DNA of 64,000 nucleotides from Bdellovibrionales bacterium. Lineage in GTDB: Bacteria > Bdellovibrionota > Bdellovibrionia > Bdellovibrionales > JAUICD01. Below are positions 52,229-61,948 of this stretch, piece by piece (the stretch's first letter is position 1; each line of letters starts with the position of its first letter). The DNA lies in the NCBI GenBank assembly GCA_965203275.1, contig OZ241865.1, forward strand, positions 1,280,001 through 1,344,000. Reading direction: 5' to 3'. The notes under the pieces are model-generated. The model saw nothing but the letters and a program-made list of their open reading frames with translations, was not told the DNA's origin and searched no databases. The translations under genes were made by a program, and so were the position numbers.

Positions 52229-54331
52229 ATGTCTAAAACAATAACAGAATGTAAAGTAGGGCAGAACACTATTTGTCTTGAAACAGGGGTCATGGCCAAG
52301 CAAGCTGACGGGGCGGTGGTAGCAAAGTGTGGCAACAACATTGTGTTGGCCACAGTGGTTTCATCTAAACAGCCTTCATCATTTGATTTTTTCCCTTTGA
52401 CGGTGGAATACCAAGAGAGGCTTTATGCCTCTGGGAAGATCCCTGGAGGTTATTTTAAAAGGGAGGGTAGGCCAACAGAATTAAATACTCTTAACTGTCG
52501 ATTGATCGATCGTCCTTTAAGGCCTCTTTTCCCTGAAGGTTACAATCATGAAACACAAATCATTACCTCAGTGTTGAGTTTTGATGGGCTTTTCCCTGTT
52601 CATATTTTAGCTGGCATAGCTTCTTCAACAGCACTTCATATTAGTGATATTCCTTTCCATGGACCTGCTTGCTCTATTCAGCTAGCAAGGGTCAACAAGG
52701 AGTTCATTGTCAATCCTGATTCTAAGCAAATAGAGGAATCTGATATGAATATGGTGATTGCAGGGACAACAAAAGGGCTTTTGATGGTGGAAGGAGAATC
52801 TCAATTTTTAACAGAAAATGAAATTTTAGAGGCACTCAAATTTGCACATCAGTCTTTTCTTCCTTTAATTGAAGCACAAGAAGATTTACGATCTAAAGTA
52901 GGGCATACCAAGAGAGATTTTACACCTGTCAGTATTGATCCTTCTATTAGAGAAAAATTAGAACAAAAATTTAAAAGCCAAATTGTGACAGGACTTAAAA
53001 TTAAAACCAAGCAAGAAAGATATGCCCATCTTGCAGACCTTCAGGTAGAAGCTACTGAGAATATCACAGAAGAGATATTAGATGAGTCTGCAACAGAGCA
53101 AGAAAAAGAGGCTACTCAACAAACAGTACAGACAGTATACAATCAGTTAAAGTATGAGATTGTCCGCAATATGATTTTAAATGAAGGTGTACGTATTGAT
53201 GGAAGGAACAGCACAGATGTACGTCCTATTGAATGTGAAGTGGGTGTATTACCTAGAACACATGGTTCAGGACTTTTTACAAGAGGTGAGACCCAAGTGC
53301 TAGGTACGATCACTTTAGGCACATCTGATGACGCACAAAGTATTGATACTCTGTATGGTCCTTTAAGTAAAAGGTTTCTTTTACATTATAATTTCCCTCC
53401 TTTTTGTGTAGGAGAGACAGGACGTGTAGGAGGTCGAAGTCGTAGAGAAATTGGCCATGGCTTTTTAGCAGAAAGAGCCTTATCTGCTATTTTACCTCAA
53501 GAGGAAACCTTTCCTTACATTATTAGATTGGTTGGCGAAGTATTAGAATCAAATGGCTCAAGTTCTATGGGAACAGTGTGTTCTGGTATGTTAGCTCTTT
53601 TAGATGCAGGAGTGCCAGTGCAGAAAAATGTAGCAGGTATTGCTATGGGATTGATTAAGGAAGGGGAACAAGTAGCTATTTTATCTGATATTTTAGGTGA
53701 CGAAGATCATTTAGGGGATATGGATTTTAAGGTAGCTGGTGCAAGAGATGGTATCACAGCACTGCAAATGGATATTAAGATTGATAATATTGACTTTGAT
53801 ACAATTGAAAAGGCCTTGATGCAGGCCAAGCAAGGTCGTAATGAAATTTTAGACAAAATGGAGCAGGTTATATCTCAACCTCGGGCTGATTTATCTCCAT
53901 TTGCACCTCGCATTGAGACCATTAAAATCAATCCAGATAAGGTAAGAGATGTCATAGGTCCAAATGGTCGAACCATTAAAGATATTATTGCCACAACAGG
54001 TGTTAAAATTGACATTATGGATGATGGCACGATCAATGTGGTATCTTTAGAACCTGAAACCAGACAGCAAGCCTTAGATATGATTAAGAATATTATAGCT
54101 GATCCAGAAGTAGGAAAAGTATATAAAGGAACAGTGGTCAAGATCGCTGACTTTGGTGCTTTTGTAGAAATTTTATCAAATACAACAGGTCTATTGCATA
54201 TTTCTGAGATAGCAAGAGAGCGTGTGACGAATGTATCAGATTACCTGAAAGAAGGCGATCAGATTGATGTAAAGGTATTAGATATGGATCGCACGGGTCG
54301 TATCAAACTATCCCGCAAAGTTTTATTGTGA
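52229..54331 (+). CDS. pnp: Polyribonucleotide nucleotidyltransferase
   Basis: RNase PH domains, KH and S1 domains; GDMDFKVAG. Confidence 0.97.
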   Translation: MSKTITECKVGQNTICLETGVMAKQADGAVVAKCGNNIVLATVVSSKQPSSFDFFPLTVEYQERLYASGKIPGGYFKREGRPTELNTLNCRLIDRPLRPLFPEGYNHETQIITSVLSFDGLFPVHILAGIASSTALHISDIPFHGPACSIQLARVNKEFIVNPDSKQIEESDMNMVIAGTTKGLLMVEGESQFLTENEILEALKFAHQSFLPLIEAQEDLRSKVGHTKRDFTPVSIDPSIREKLEQKFKSQIVTGLKIKTKQERYAHLADLQVEATENITEEILDESATEQEKEATQQTVQTVYNQLKYEIVRNMILNEGVRIDGRNSTDVRPIECEVGVLPRTHGSGLFTRGETQVLGTITLGTSDDAQSIDTLYGPLSKRFLLHYNFPPFCVGETGRVGGRSRREIGHGFLAERALSAILPQEETFPYIIRLVGEVLESNGSSSMGTVCSGMLALLDAGVPVQKNVAGIAMGLIKEGEQVAILSDILGDEDHLGDMDFKVAGARDGITALQMDIKIDNIDFDTIEKALMQAKQGRNEILDKMEQVISQPRADLSPFAPRIETIKINPDKVRDVIGPNGRTIKDIIATTGVKIDIMDDGTINVVSLEPETRQQALDMIKNIIADPEVGKVYKGTVVKIADFGAFVEILSNTTGLLHISEIARERVTNVSDYLKEGDQIDVKVLDMDRTGRIKLSRKVLL

Positions 54332-54343
54332 CTTTTGTTTCCC

Positions 54344-55230
54344 TTTCACTCAAAATGAGCCACATCTCTGTTTCACTAAAAGTGGTCTGACCTCTGGTCA
54401 CTTTCTGGTTGCCAGCCGAAGGCTATTCGCCTTCTTAAATGCTGGCAACCTAGAAAGCTTGACCACTTTTAGTAAGGAGGATCCATTTCTCATTTAACAC
54501 CATGTTAAGGAAAAAGTTCTTTCTTACACCTTTTGACCACGATGGCTTTCGCCATCGGTAAAATGGTCATCACCTAGAAAGCCTGACCACTTTTAGTAAG
54601 GAGGATCTCTTCGTTTCTTAACACCATGTTAAGGATTTGTTTCACTCAAAATGCATCATGCCTCTGGCATGTTTTCTGGCAGTTAGCCCAACGGCTTATC
54701 GCCGTTGATCAAAGGCTAACTGCCTAGAAAATCCATTTATTTTGAGTAGGGAAGGATCTTCTCGTCTCTTAACATGATGTTAAGGAAACAGTTCCTTCTT
54801 ACACCTGCTTGCCTGATGCCGGATCCCGGGATCCCGGATCCCGGAAAAAATCAATTTTAACTTTAAGTGTTTTTACACAACTTGTATAAATAAGCTCCTA
54901 ATTGATCAGCTTGTTTTGCTAATTCCATACAGCCACTAAATTCCAAGTCTAGTATTGCCTGAACTGTTTTTCACTAAAAGTAAACTAGCCGTCTTTTGCA
55001 CTAAAAGTAAACTGACCTCTGGTCACTTTTGGGTTGCCAGCCGAAGGCTATTCGCCTTCTTAAATGCTGGCAACCTCAAAAGTCCGTTTACTTTTAGTAG
55101 AGGAGGATCTCTTCGTTTTTTGACTACATGTTAAGGAAAATGTCCTTCTAATGGCAGTTAGTCCGACGGCTTATCGCCGCCGATCAAAGGCTAAGCTGTT
55201 TCACAGTGGTCTAGCCTCTGGCTACTTTTT
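54344..55230. repeat. Large repeat mosaic: three full A copies (54369-54514, 54638-54790, 54999-55140), partial copies, D tract, stacked ends
   Basis: Direct reading of the module sequences. Confidence 0.9.
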
Positions 55231-55342
55231 GGTTGGTTTTTTGACTAAGTTATAATATAATGTTTCATTAGTTAGACAGATGATTAGAAATTAAGTTATT
55301 ATTAAGTATTATGTTTAAAGATATAAAGGGAGGTTCAAAGTT

Positions 55343-56416
55343 ATGACAGAGAGAATTTTATTACAATTAACAATAGATGCTATTTTCAAGGCTTTTTTTG
55401 AAAATAGAAAAGATCTTTTAATTTCACTGGTAGAGAATTTTGTACCTTTGCCTAAGGGTTCTGTGATAGAGGATGTTTCATTATTAAACACAGAGCTTCT
55501 TCCCGATAAGGTTCCAGACGAATACAAATCCTTTACTTTAGATTTGCGTGTGAAATTAAGAAGACAGGTCAGAGGCGTTCTTCAAGATACAGATATTGTC
55601 CATGTAGAAGTTCAAACAACAAGTCAAAAATTTTTTACAGATCGGATATTAGTTTATGCTTCTAGGGCTTATTCTGGTCAGATAAAGAAAGGCGAAGATT
55701 TTAATCAATTACTTCCTGTGTATTCACTTGTTTTTACAACAGCTAATTTAAAAGAATTTGCAGGGATAAAGGATTACTATCATATCTGCAATATCCGTCG
55801 GACAAAACCACCAGAAGTGATTATGTCTCGTGGATTGTGTTTTGTCATTGTGGAATTAGGCAAGTTTCAGTCAAGTTTGCATGAATTATTTGACAAAAAG
55901 GCAGATTGGTGTTATCTTTTAAAGAACTCTGGTAATATGGATTTAAAGGAGTATACCAATTTTCAAAACAAGGGAGGTATTATGGCAGAAGCAGCAAAGC
56001 ACTTATGGATATTATCAAAAGATGAGACATTACAGGAACTTGCAATGGTGAAAGAGAGAGACAGAAAAGATCAAGCAGCCAGAGAAGAGGGTGCTTATGA
56101 AGAAGGAATGAAGAAAGGGATGAAGAAAGGTCGTAAGGAAGGAATGGAGGAAGGAATGGAGAAAGGAATGGAGAAAGGAATGGAGGAAGGAATGGAGAAA
56201 GGAATGGAGAAAGGAATGGAGAAAGGAATGGAGAAAGGAATGGAGAAAGGAATGGAGAAAGGAATGGAGAAAGGGATGGAGAAAGGGATGAAGAAAGGTC
56301 GTAAGGAAGGAATGGAGAAAGTGGCACAAAATATGTTGAAAGAAAATCTCAATATTTCATTGATTTCTACAATGACAGGTTTATCCAAAGATGACATTCT
56401 CAAGCTGAAAAAATAA
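55343..56416 (+). CDS. Rpn-family PD-(D/E)XK nuclease with GMEK repeats
   Basis: DAIFKAFF, LDLRV, HVEVQ, DRILVYAS; SD GGGAGG upstream. Confidence 0.9.
   Translation: MTERILLQLTIDAIFKAFFENRKDLLISLVENFVPLPKGSVIEDVSLLNTELLPDKVPDEYKSFTLDLRVKLRRQVRGVLQDTDIVHVEVQTTSQKFFTDRILVYASRAYSGQIKKGEDFNQLLPVYSLVFTTANLKEFAGIKDYYHICNIRRTKPPEVIMSRGLCFVIVELGKFQSSLHELFDKKADWCYLLKNSGNMDLKEYTNFQNKGGIMAEAAKHLWILSKDETLQELAMVKERDRKDQAAREEGAYEEGMKKGMKKGRKEGMEEGMEKGMEKGMEEGMEKGMEKGMEKGMEKGMEKGMEKGMEKGMEKGMKKGRKEGMEKVAQNMLKENLNISLISTMTGLSKDDILKLKK
56101..56321. repeat. 12-bp coding tandem repeat (GMEK/GMEE/GMKK, ~18 units)
   Basis: ggaatggagaaa repeated. Confidence 0.95.
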
Positions 56417-56421
56417 TTTGC

Positions 56422-56838
56422 TCAAAAGTAGCCAGAGGATTATCCCTAACCCCACCCCCCACCCTTTGATTGCTTTTTTCACTCAAAATGAACTGGCCTC
56501 TGGCCACTTTTGGGTAGCCAGCCCGACTGCTCACGCCGTCGTAAAAAGCTGGCTACCTCAAAAGCTTGTTCATTTTGAGTAGAGAAGGATCTCCTCATTC
56601 CTCTACACCATGTTAGGGAAAAAGTGCTTTTATTACCTTAAGAGCAAGCGGTTTACAAATGAGGGACTTTTTCCTTAACATGTAGTTAAAAAACGAGGAG
56701 ATCCTCCTTACTAAAAGTAAACGGATTTTTGAGGCATTGCTCTTTTTGGACAGCGATAGCTGTCAGAGCAATGCCCAAAAACAGCCAGAGGCTGGTTTAC
56801 TTTTAGTGAAACAGAGGCTGGTTTATTTTTAGTGAGAA
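56422..56838. mobile_element. A-B-A composite (56477-56813) with flanking fragments
   Basis: Two different A arms joined by B. Confidence 0.8.
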
Positions 56839-56852
56839 TAAAAGGAGGCGTT

Positions 56853-57167
56853 ATGGCAGAGGCAGCAAAGCACTTATGGATATTATCAAAAGATGAGACA
56901 TTACAGGAACTTGCAATGGTGAAAGAGAGAGACAGAAAAGATCAAGCAGCCAGAGAAGAGGGTGCTTATGAAGAAGGAATGAAGAAAGGAATGAAGAAAG
57001 GAATGGAAAAAGGGATGGAGAAAGGGATGGAGAAAGGTCGTAAGGAAGGAATGGAGGAAGGGATGGAGAAAGTAGCACAAAATATGTTGAAAGAAAATCT
57101 CAATATTTCATTGATCTCTACAATGACAGGTTTATCCAAAGATGACATTCTCAAGCTGAAAAAATAA
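56853..57167 (+). CDS. Stand-alone RpnS-like protein (copy of the Rpn C-terminus)
   Basis: SD AAAGGAGG plus ATG; near-identical to 55982-56416 but with fewer repeats. Confidence 0.75.
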   Translation: MAEAAKHLWILSKDETLQELAMVKERDRKDQAAREEGAYEEGMKKGMKKGMEKGMEKGMEKGRKEGMEEGMEKVAQNMLKENLNISLISTMTGLSKDDILKLKK

Positions 57168-57171
57168 ACTG

Positions 57172-57940
57172 CTCAAAAGTGACCAGAGGTCAGTTTACTT
57201 TTAGTGAAACAACTATCCCTAACCCCACCCGCCACCCTTCGATTCTGCTTTCTCATTTTGTTTTTACTTGAGGATGAGGGCAGAGGGAGCCTTCCGAAGT
57301 CCTCAATTGAGCTTGCTTTTAAGGAGCAAGCTCAATTTGCGGAAGATCTCCAGTCTCCCTCTGCCCCCATCCTCCCCTAAATGATTTTTTATTTGAGAGT
57401 TACGCAGAATCTAAAAAAAATAAAAAAACAAAAAATACTTCCTCCGGGATACGGAATCCCGGGATCCGGGATCTGGGATCCGGGATCTGGCAAGCCGGCA
57501 TCAGATCCCGGGATGCCAGATTGCTTGATCCCGGATCCCGGGAGTAAATGTTTTGTTTCCTTAACATGGTGTTAAGAGAAAAAAGGATCCTCCTCTACTC
57601 AAAATAAATGAATTTTCTAGGCAGTTAGCTTTTGATCGACGGCGGTAGCCGTCGGGCTAACTATTAGAAGAATGTTTTCCTTAACATGGTGTTAAGAAAC
57701 GAAGAGATCCTCCCTACTCAAAGTGAACAGGCTTTTGAGACAATGACCATTTTGTCAAAGGCGAAAGCCTTTGCGGTCATTGTCCAAAAGTGGCCAGAGG
57801 CCAGTTCACTTTGAGTGAAACAGAGGTCAGTTCATTTTGAGTGAAAAAAATTGAGGACTTCGGAAGGCTCACACTGCCCTATCCTCAAATAAAAATAAAA
57901 TGGAAAAGCAGAATTGAAGGGCGATGGGTGAGGTTAGGGA
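57172..57940. repeat. Repeat mosaic: A end, C(-) 57216-57435, D tract 57444-57543, two A(-), partial C
   Basis: Direct reading of the module sequences. Confidence 0.9.
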
Positions 57941-57978
57941 TTGGGGGTTTGGATAGAGGGGCAGGGGTAGATCCAGAG

Positions 57979-60147
57979 TTAGGGGGTGGGGCCGGGAAGT
58001 AAATCTTGTCTATCTTGAGGATGCCAACCTTTACTATCATACGGAAGTTGTCTATTATGATTTTGACTCCCTCTTATACAACAATGATGGTCACTTTCTG
58101 TTTTTACCTCATACACATCTGTAGTATTGCTTGACAGCTTAAATTTGAAAGGGTCATAAAAAGTAAAGTCATGCCAGTCCGTTCTACCATAGTGGTCTAA
58201 ATCCTCACAATCTTTTGTATAACAAGCATCGAGACGGCTTGGACACATATTATTGTGAAGATCGTCATTGTCTTCAAGATACTGTTGTTGACCTGTCCAA
58301 CCTGCTAATTTAGCAGCAGTGGCACAAGTAGGGTAACATTCACCAGCACTAGATACATATTTATATCCAGGAGGACAATCTCTTTTGTAAGCTCGTCTGC
58401 AACATTTATCTTCTACAGCACCTTTAATTTCCAAAACATTCCAGGTCTGTCTATCAACATCGCAATAATCCCCAGTTTGTGTTTCAACTAAGAGAGCTTT
58501 TGCAGTTGTTTTCTCAAACACCATACAACGTGGAAGGCATTGACTCCCACCTACAGGTGTAGCATAGCCTGCAAGTATTTGCTCCTGAGTACAAGTAGCA
58601 TTCACATCTTCCTCTCCCTCCTCAGATGATGATGCAGTGGAGGTGGGGCTAGATGAAGAAACGGGTACACAACCATTAGCAGCACTTGTTCCACATCCAG
58701 GGTAGTAAGGTATTGACGGTTGACCAGGAGGTCTTGGACGGGTATATATCCATCCATATTTATTTACAGAAGCTTGAGGTGTTGCACCTGATGAAGAACT
58801 TTGCATAAAGAAGGCATCCTCAACTCCCCTAACCCCTGTGCCTACTTCAGAAGATTCATCGTTACTTCCAGATCTTCCAGTGGTCGTAGATGTTGTTGAA
58901 TCTGTGCTAGATTCTGCCGGGTCAGGACTGGCCTGCCATGTTGTTGTACCTTTACCATGAATGATTTGAACTGTTCTTACGATAGCTTGATTATTAATTA
59001 AGCATTTATATGCAATGCGATCGGTCTCAACCTCTTCGACAGTTGCACAGTTACCAGTGCATGCATACCCCCAATTAGGGTCTCCACCTGAGCCTTTTTG
59101 TAAAATTTGTACAACACGATCCATAAATCTCCAGTTTTCATTTGTGTGTTGAGCTTGATCTGTTATAGTGTTTTGATGATGTTTAAAAAATGTATTAAAC
59201 TCTTCTTCATACTGCTGTCTTGTCATATCTACAACCCTCTCCTGCTCATTAGGGATATTACATCTGCCTGGGCAAGCTTCACTGTTAGGATCCTCAGAAC
59301 ATGACCTAACAATTTCACAACAACAGTTCTCTTTACAATTCTCATCCTGTGAACATTCACTACCATCAAAGTTATCTGAAGCCTCAAAATTGAAAACACA
59401 ACCATTCCCCTTTGTGCTAGGTAATTTGACTAACACCAGCTCAGATCTTTCTCTTATATTGCCTGCATGACCAGCAGGAAGTCTCTTTTTAACAAGACCT
59501 GACACCATTAAGCCAATCACATCTCCAGAGCGAAGCACTAAATTTTCTAGTTTTGAAGCCTCTGTACGTCGACCCAATGATAATCTTTTATTTGGTACCC
59601 ATCGATAATCATATAAATTTTTGATATTCTCAGCATCTAATGTGTGACAAGCCTCACCCTCTCTCATATAATCATAAGTAGCAGCAACAGACTCATCGTC
59701 ATTTAGCTTTACTAAAATCCATGGATTGCCTTCGACTTTTACATCCATATTAGGAAGTGATAAAGACGGCCATTGACCTAATTGAGTATGATCAATGCAA
59801 ATTTGTCCATTTTTTTTAATCTCTATTTTTGTTATTTTAGATGTTTCAGGCCACTTTCCTACAATTGGTTCGCCTCCCGGCGGTCCCTCATCCCCTGGAG
59901 GGACTTCAACACCAGGATCGTCTATATCTTTATCAGGGTCAGGAGGATCAGGGTCAGGGAGAACAGTATCACCGGGGCGATCTGCGGCACGATTAGAAGG
60001 ATATTCAGACGATTCTTCCCCTCCTAAAAAAGAACAGTTCATAAACATCAAAAGGCTTGCAATACTTGTTAGGCTAAGAGCCATTAATACTTTTTCTTTT
60101 TGATGATTACGTTTGACTGGAATTTTCATTTTAAATAACAACCTCAT
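57979..60147 (-). CDS. Cys-rich lipoprotein
   Basis: LMFMNC lipobox-like site, many paired Cys, Ser/Thr linkers; start uncertain. Confidence 0.8.
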   Translation of the reverse strand: MRLLFKMKIPVKRNHQKEKVLMALSLTSIASLLMFMNCSFLGGEESSEYPSNRAADRPGDTVLPDPDPPDPDKDIDDPGVEVPPGDEGPPGGEPIVGKWPETSKITKIEIKKNGQICIDHTQLGQWPSLSLPNMDVKVEGNPWILVKLNDDESVAATYDYMREGEACHTLDAENIKNLYDYRWVPNKRLSLGRRTEASKLENLVLRSGDVIGLMVSGLVKKRLPAGHAGNIRERSELVLVKLPSTKGNGCVFNFEASDNFDGSECSQDENCKENCCCEIVRSCSEDPNSEACPGRCNIPNEQERVVDMTRQQYEEEFNTFFKHHQNTITDQAQHTNENWRFMDRVVQILQKGSGGDPNWGYACTGNCATVEEVETDRIAYKCLINNQAIVRTVQIIHGKGTTTWQASPDPAESSTDSTTSTTTGRSGSNDESSEVGTGVRGVEDAFFMQSSSSGATPQASVNKYGWIYTRPRPPGQPSIPYYPGCGTSAANGCVPVSSSSPTSTASSSEEGEEDVNATCTQEQILAGYATPVGGSQCLPRCMVFEKTTAKALLVETQTGDYCDVDRQTWNVLEIKGAVEDKCCRRAYKRDCPPGYKYVSSAGECYPTCATAAKLAGWTGQQQYLEDNDDLHNNMCPSRLDACYTKDCEDLDHYGRTDWHDFTFYDPFKFKLSSNTTDVYEVKTESDHHCCIRGSQNHNRQLPYDSKGWHPQDRQDLLPGPTP

Positions 60148-60285
60148 AATCTTTTATCGGCAAAATATTGTCTTAATTTGAGTCTTTTTTTCTTAAAACC
60201 TCTTTTTTATTGTTTGATTAAAAATTTGGCTTATCTTTATATTAAAAATTGACTTATCTTTTAAAAATAATTCACAATAACCCTT

Positions 60286-60843
60286 ATGGAACAAAACCTT
60301 TCTGACCACAAATCTCAAATTATAGCTATTATAAAAAAGCGATCACTTCAAAAAGGACCTATTCGCTTAGCTTCTGGTAAGGTCAGCAATTTCTATATCG
60401 ATCTCAAACAAACTATCCTTGACCCTCAAGGACTTGACCTCTTATCAGACTTGATTTTAGAGTTCTTAAACAAAAAAAATCTTGTTGGTGTGGCAGGCTC
60501 TGGTATAGGAGCATTGCCTCTCACAACGGCTGTCACCCTAAAATCGCTAAATACTCCTAAACCCTTTCTGCATCTTTATATACGATCTCAAGTAAAGGAG
60601 TGGGGGACTAAACAAGTGATAGAAGGCACTCACAGCTTCCAACCTAAAGATAAAGTTTGGATTTTAGAAGATGTTGTCACAACAGGCGGTTCTAGCCTCT
60701 ATGCTACTCAAAAGTGTCAAGAGTTTGGTCTCCAGGTAGAAGGCATTCTCACCTGTGTTGACCGACAAGAGGGAGGGAGAGAAAAGATTGAAAATAAAGG
60801 CATTCACTTTCACAGCTTAATCCATATGTTTGATTTACACTAA
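60286..60843 (+). CDS. pyrE: Orotate phosphoribosyltransferase
   Basis: LASGKVSNFYID, EDVVTTGGS. Confidence 0.94.
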   Translation: MEQNLSDHKSQIIAIIKKRSLQKGPIRLASGKVSNFYIDLKQTILDPQGLDLLSDLILEFLNKKNLVGVAGSGIGALPLTTAVTLKSLNTPKPFLHLYIRSQVKEWGTKQVIEGTHSFQPKDKVWILEDVVTTGGSSLYATQKCQEFGLQVEGILTCVDRQEGGREKIENKGIHFHSLIHMFDLH

Positions 60844-61811
60844 AAGTAAACTGACCTCTGGTCACTTTTGGACATTGCTCTGACAGCTATCGCTGTCCAA
60901 AAAGAGCAATGTCGTTGGTTCACTAAAAGTGGTCTGACCTCTGGTCACTTTCTGATTGCCAGCCGAAGGCTATTCGCCTTCTTAAATGCTGGCAACCTAG
61001 AAAGCATAACCACTTTTAGTAGGAGGATCCTTTCCTCTTTTAACATCATGTTAAGGAAACAGAACTTTATTCGCAAACCGCTTGCTTCTGAGGTAATAAA
61101 AGAAATTTTCCTTAACATGGTGTAAAAGAATAAAAGGGTCCTCCTCTACTCAAAATGCATAGATTTTTGAGGCAATGACCATTTTGCCAACGGCGTAAGC
61201 CGTTGCGGTCATTGCCCAAAAACATGCCAGAGGCATGATGCATTTTGAGTGAAATGTTAAGGAAAAAGTCCTTTCTGATGCCGGGTTGCCAGATCCCGGA
61301 TCCCGGGTGAACACAATGTTAAGGGTTTGTTTCACTCAAAATGCATCATGCCTCTGGTTCACTAAAAGTAAACTAGCCTCTGGCTACTTTTGGGTAGCCA
61401 GCCCGACGGCTCTCGCCGTCGATCAAAGGCTGACTACCTCAAAAGCTTGTTCAATTTTAGGAAGAAGGATCACCTTGCTTTTTAACATGATGTTAAGGAA
61501 AAAAGATTTCCTTTTTTTTGTTTTTTTTATTCTTTTTTAGATTCTGCGTAATTTTCAAAAAAACATAAAATTTATGAGTGGGAGGCGGGGGCAGGCTGAA
61601 GATCTTCCGCAAATTGAGCTTGCTTTTAAGGAGCAAGCTCAATTGAGGACTTCGGAAGCCTGACCCCGCATTCCACTCATAAAAAACATACAAATGGAAA
61701 GGCAGAATCAAAAGGGTGGCGGGTGGGGTTAGGGAGTTTGTTTCACTAAAAATAAACCAGCCGTCATTTTCACTCAAAATGAATTGACCTCTGGACGCTT
61801 TTAGTGAAACA
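60838..61811. repeat. Repeat mosaic: partial A, A-B-A (60918-61254), D, A (61358-61503), C (61491-61735), stacked ends
   Basis: Direct reading; lies between convergent genes. Confidence 0.9.
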
Positions 61812-61948
61812 ACATAGATTGTCTAAAATTCTGCCACAAAAACAAAAACCTAGTGGCACAAAATCTCTTTCGACTCATAACCTACTGATTTTACTCAACT
61901 TTATTTTGCAGGCTATCAAACTCAGGAATCAAAAAAAGATTAAACACG

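Noticed and set aside
54344..55230. CRISPR array interpretation of the clustered repeats
   Set aside because: There is no constant direct repeat with unique spacers; the variable parts are self-complementary and recur elsewhere; no cas genes are in the window.
55980..56403. Antisense repetitive ORFs (FLHS, SPFL, FSIP), and similar ones at 810-1155, 2672-3167 and 7330-7626
   Set aside because: These are shadow frames of coding tandem repeats.
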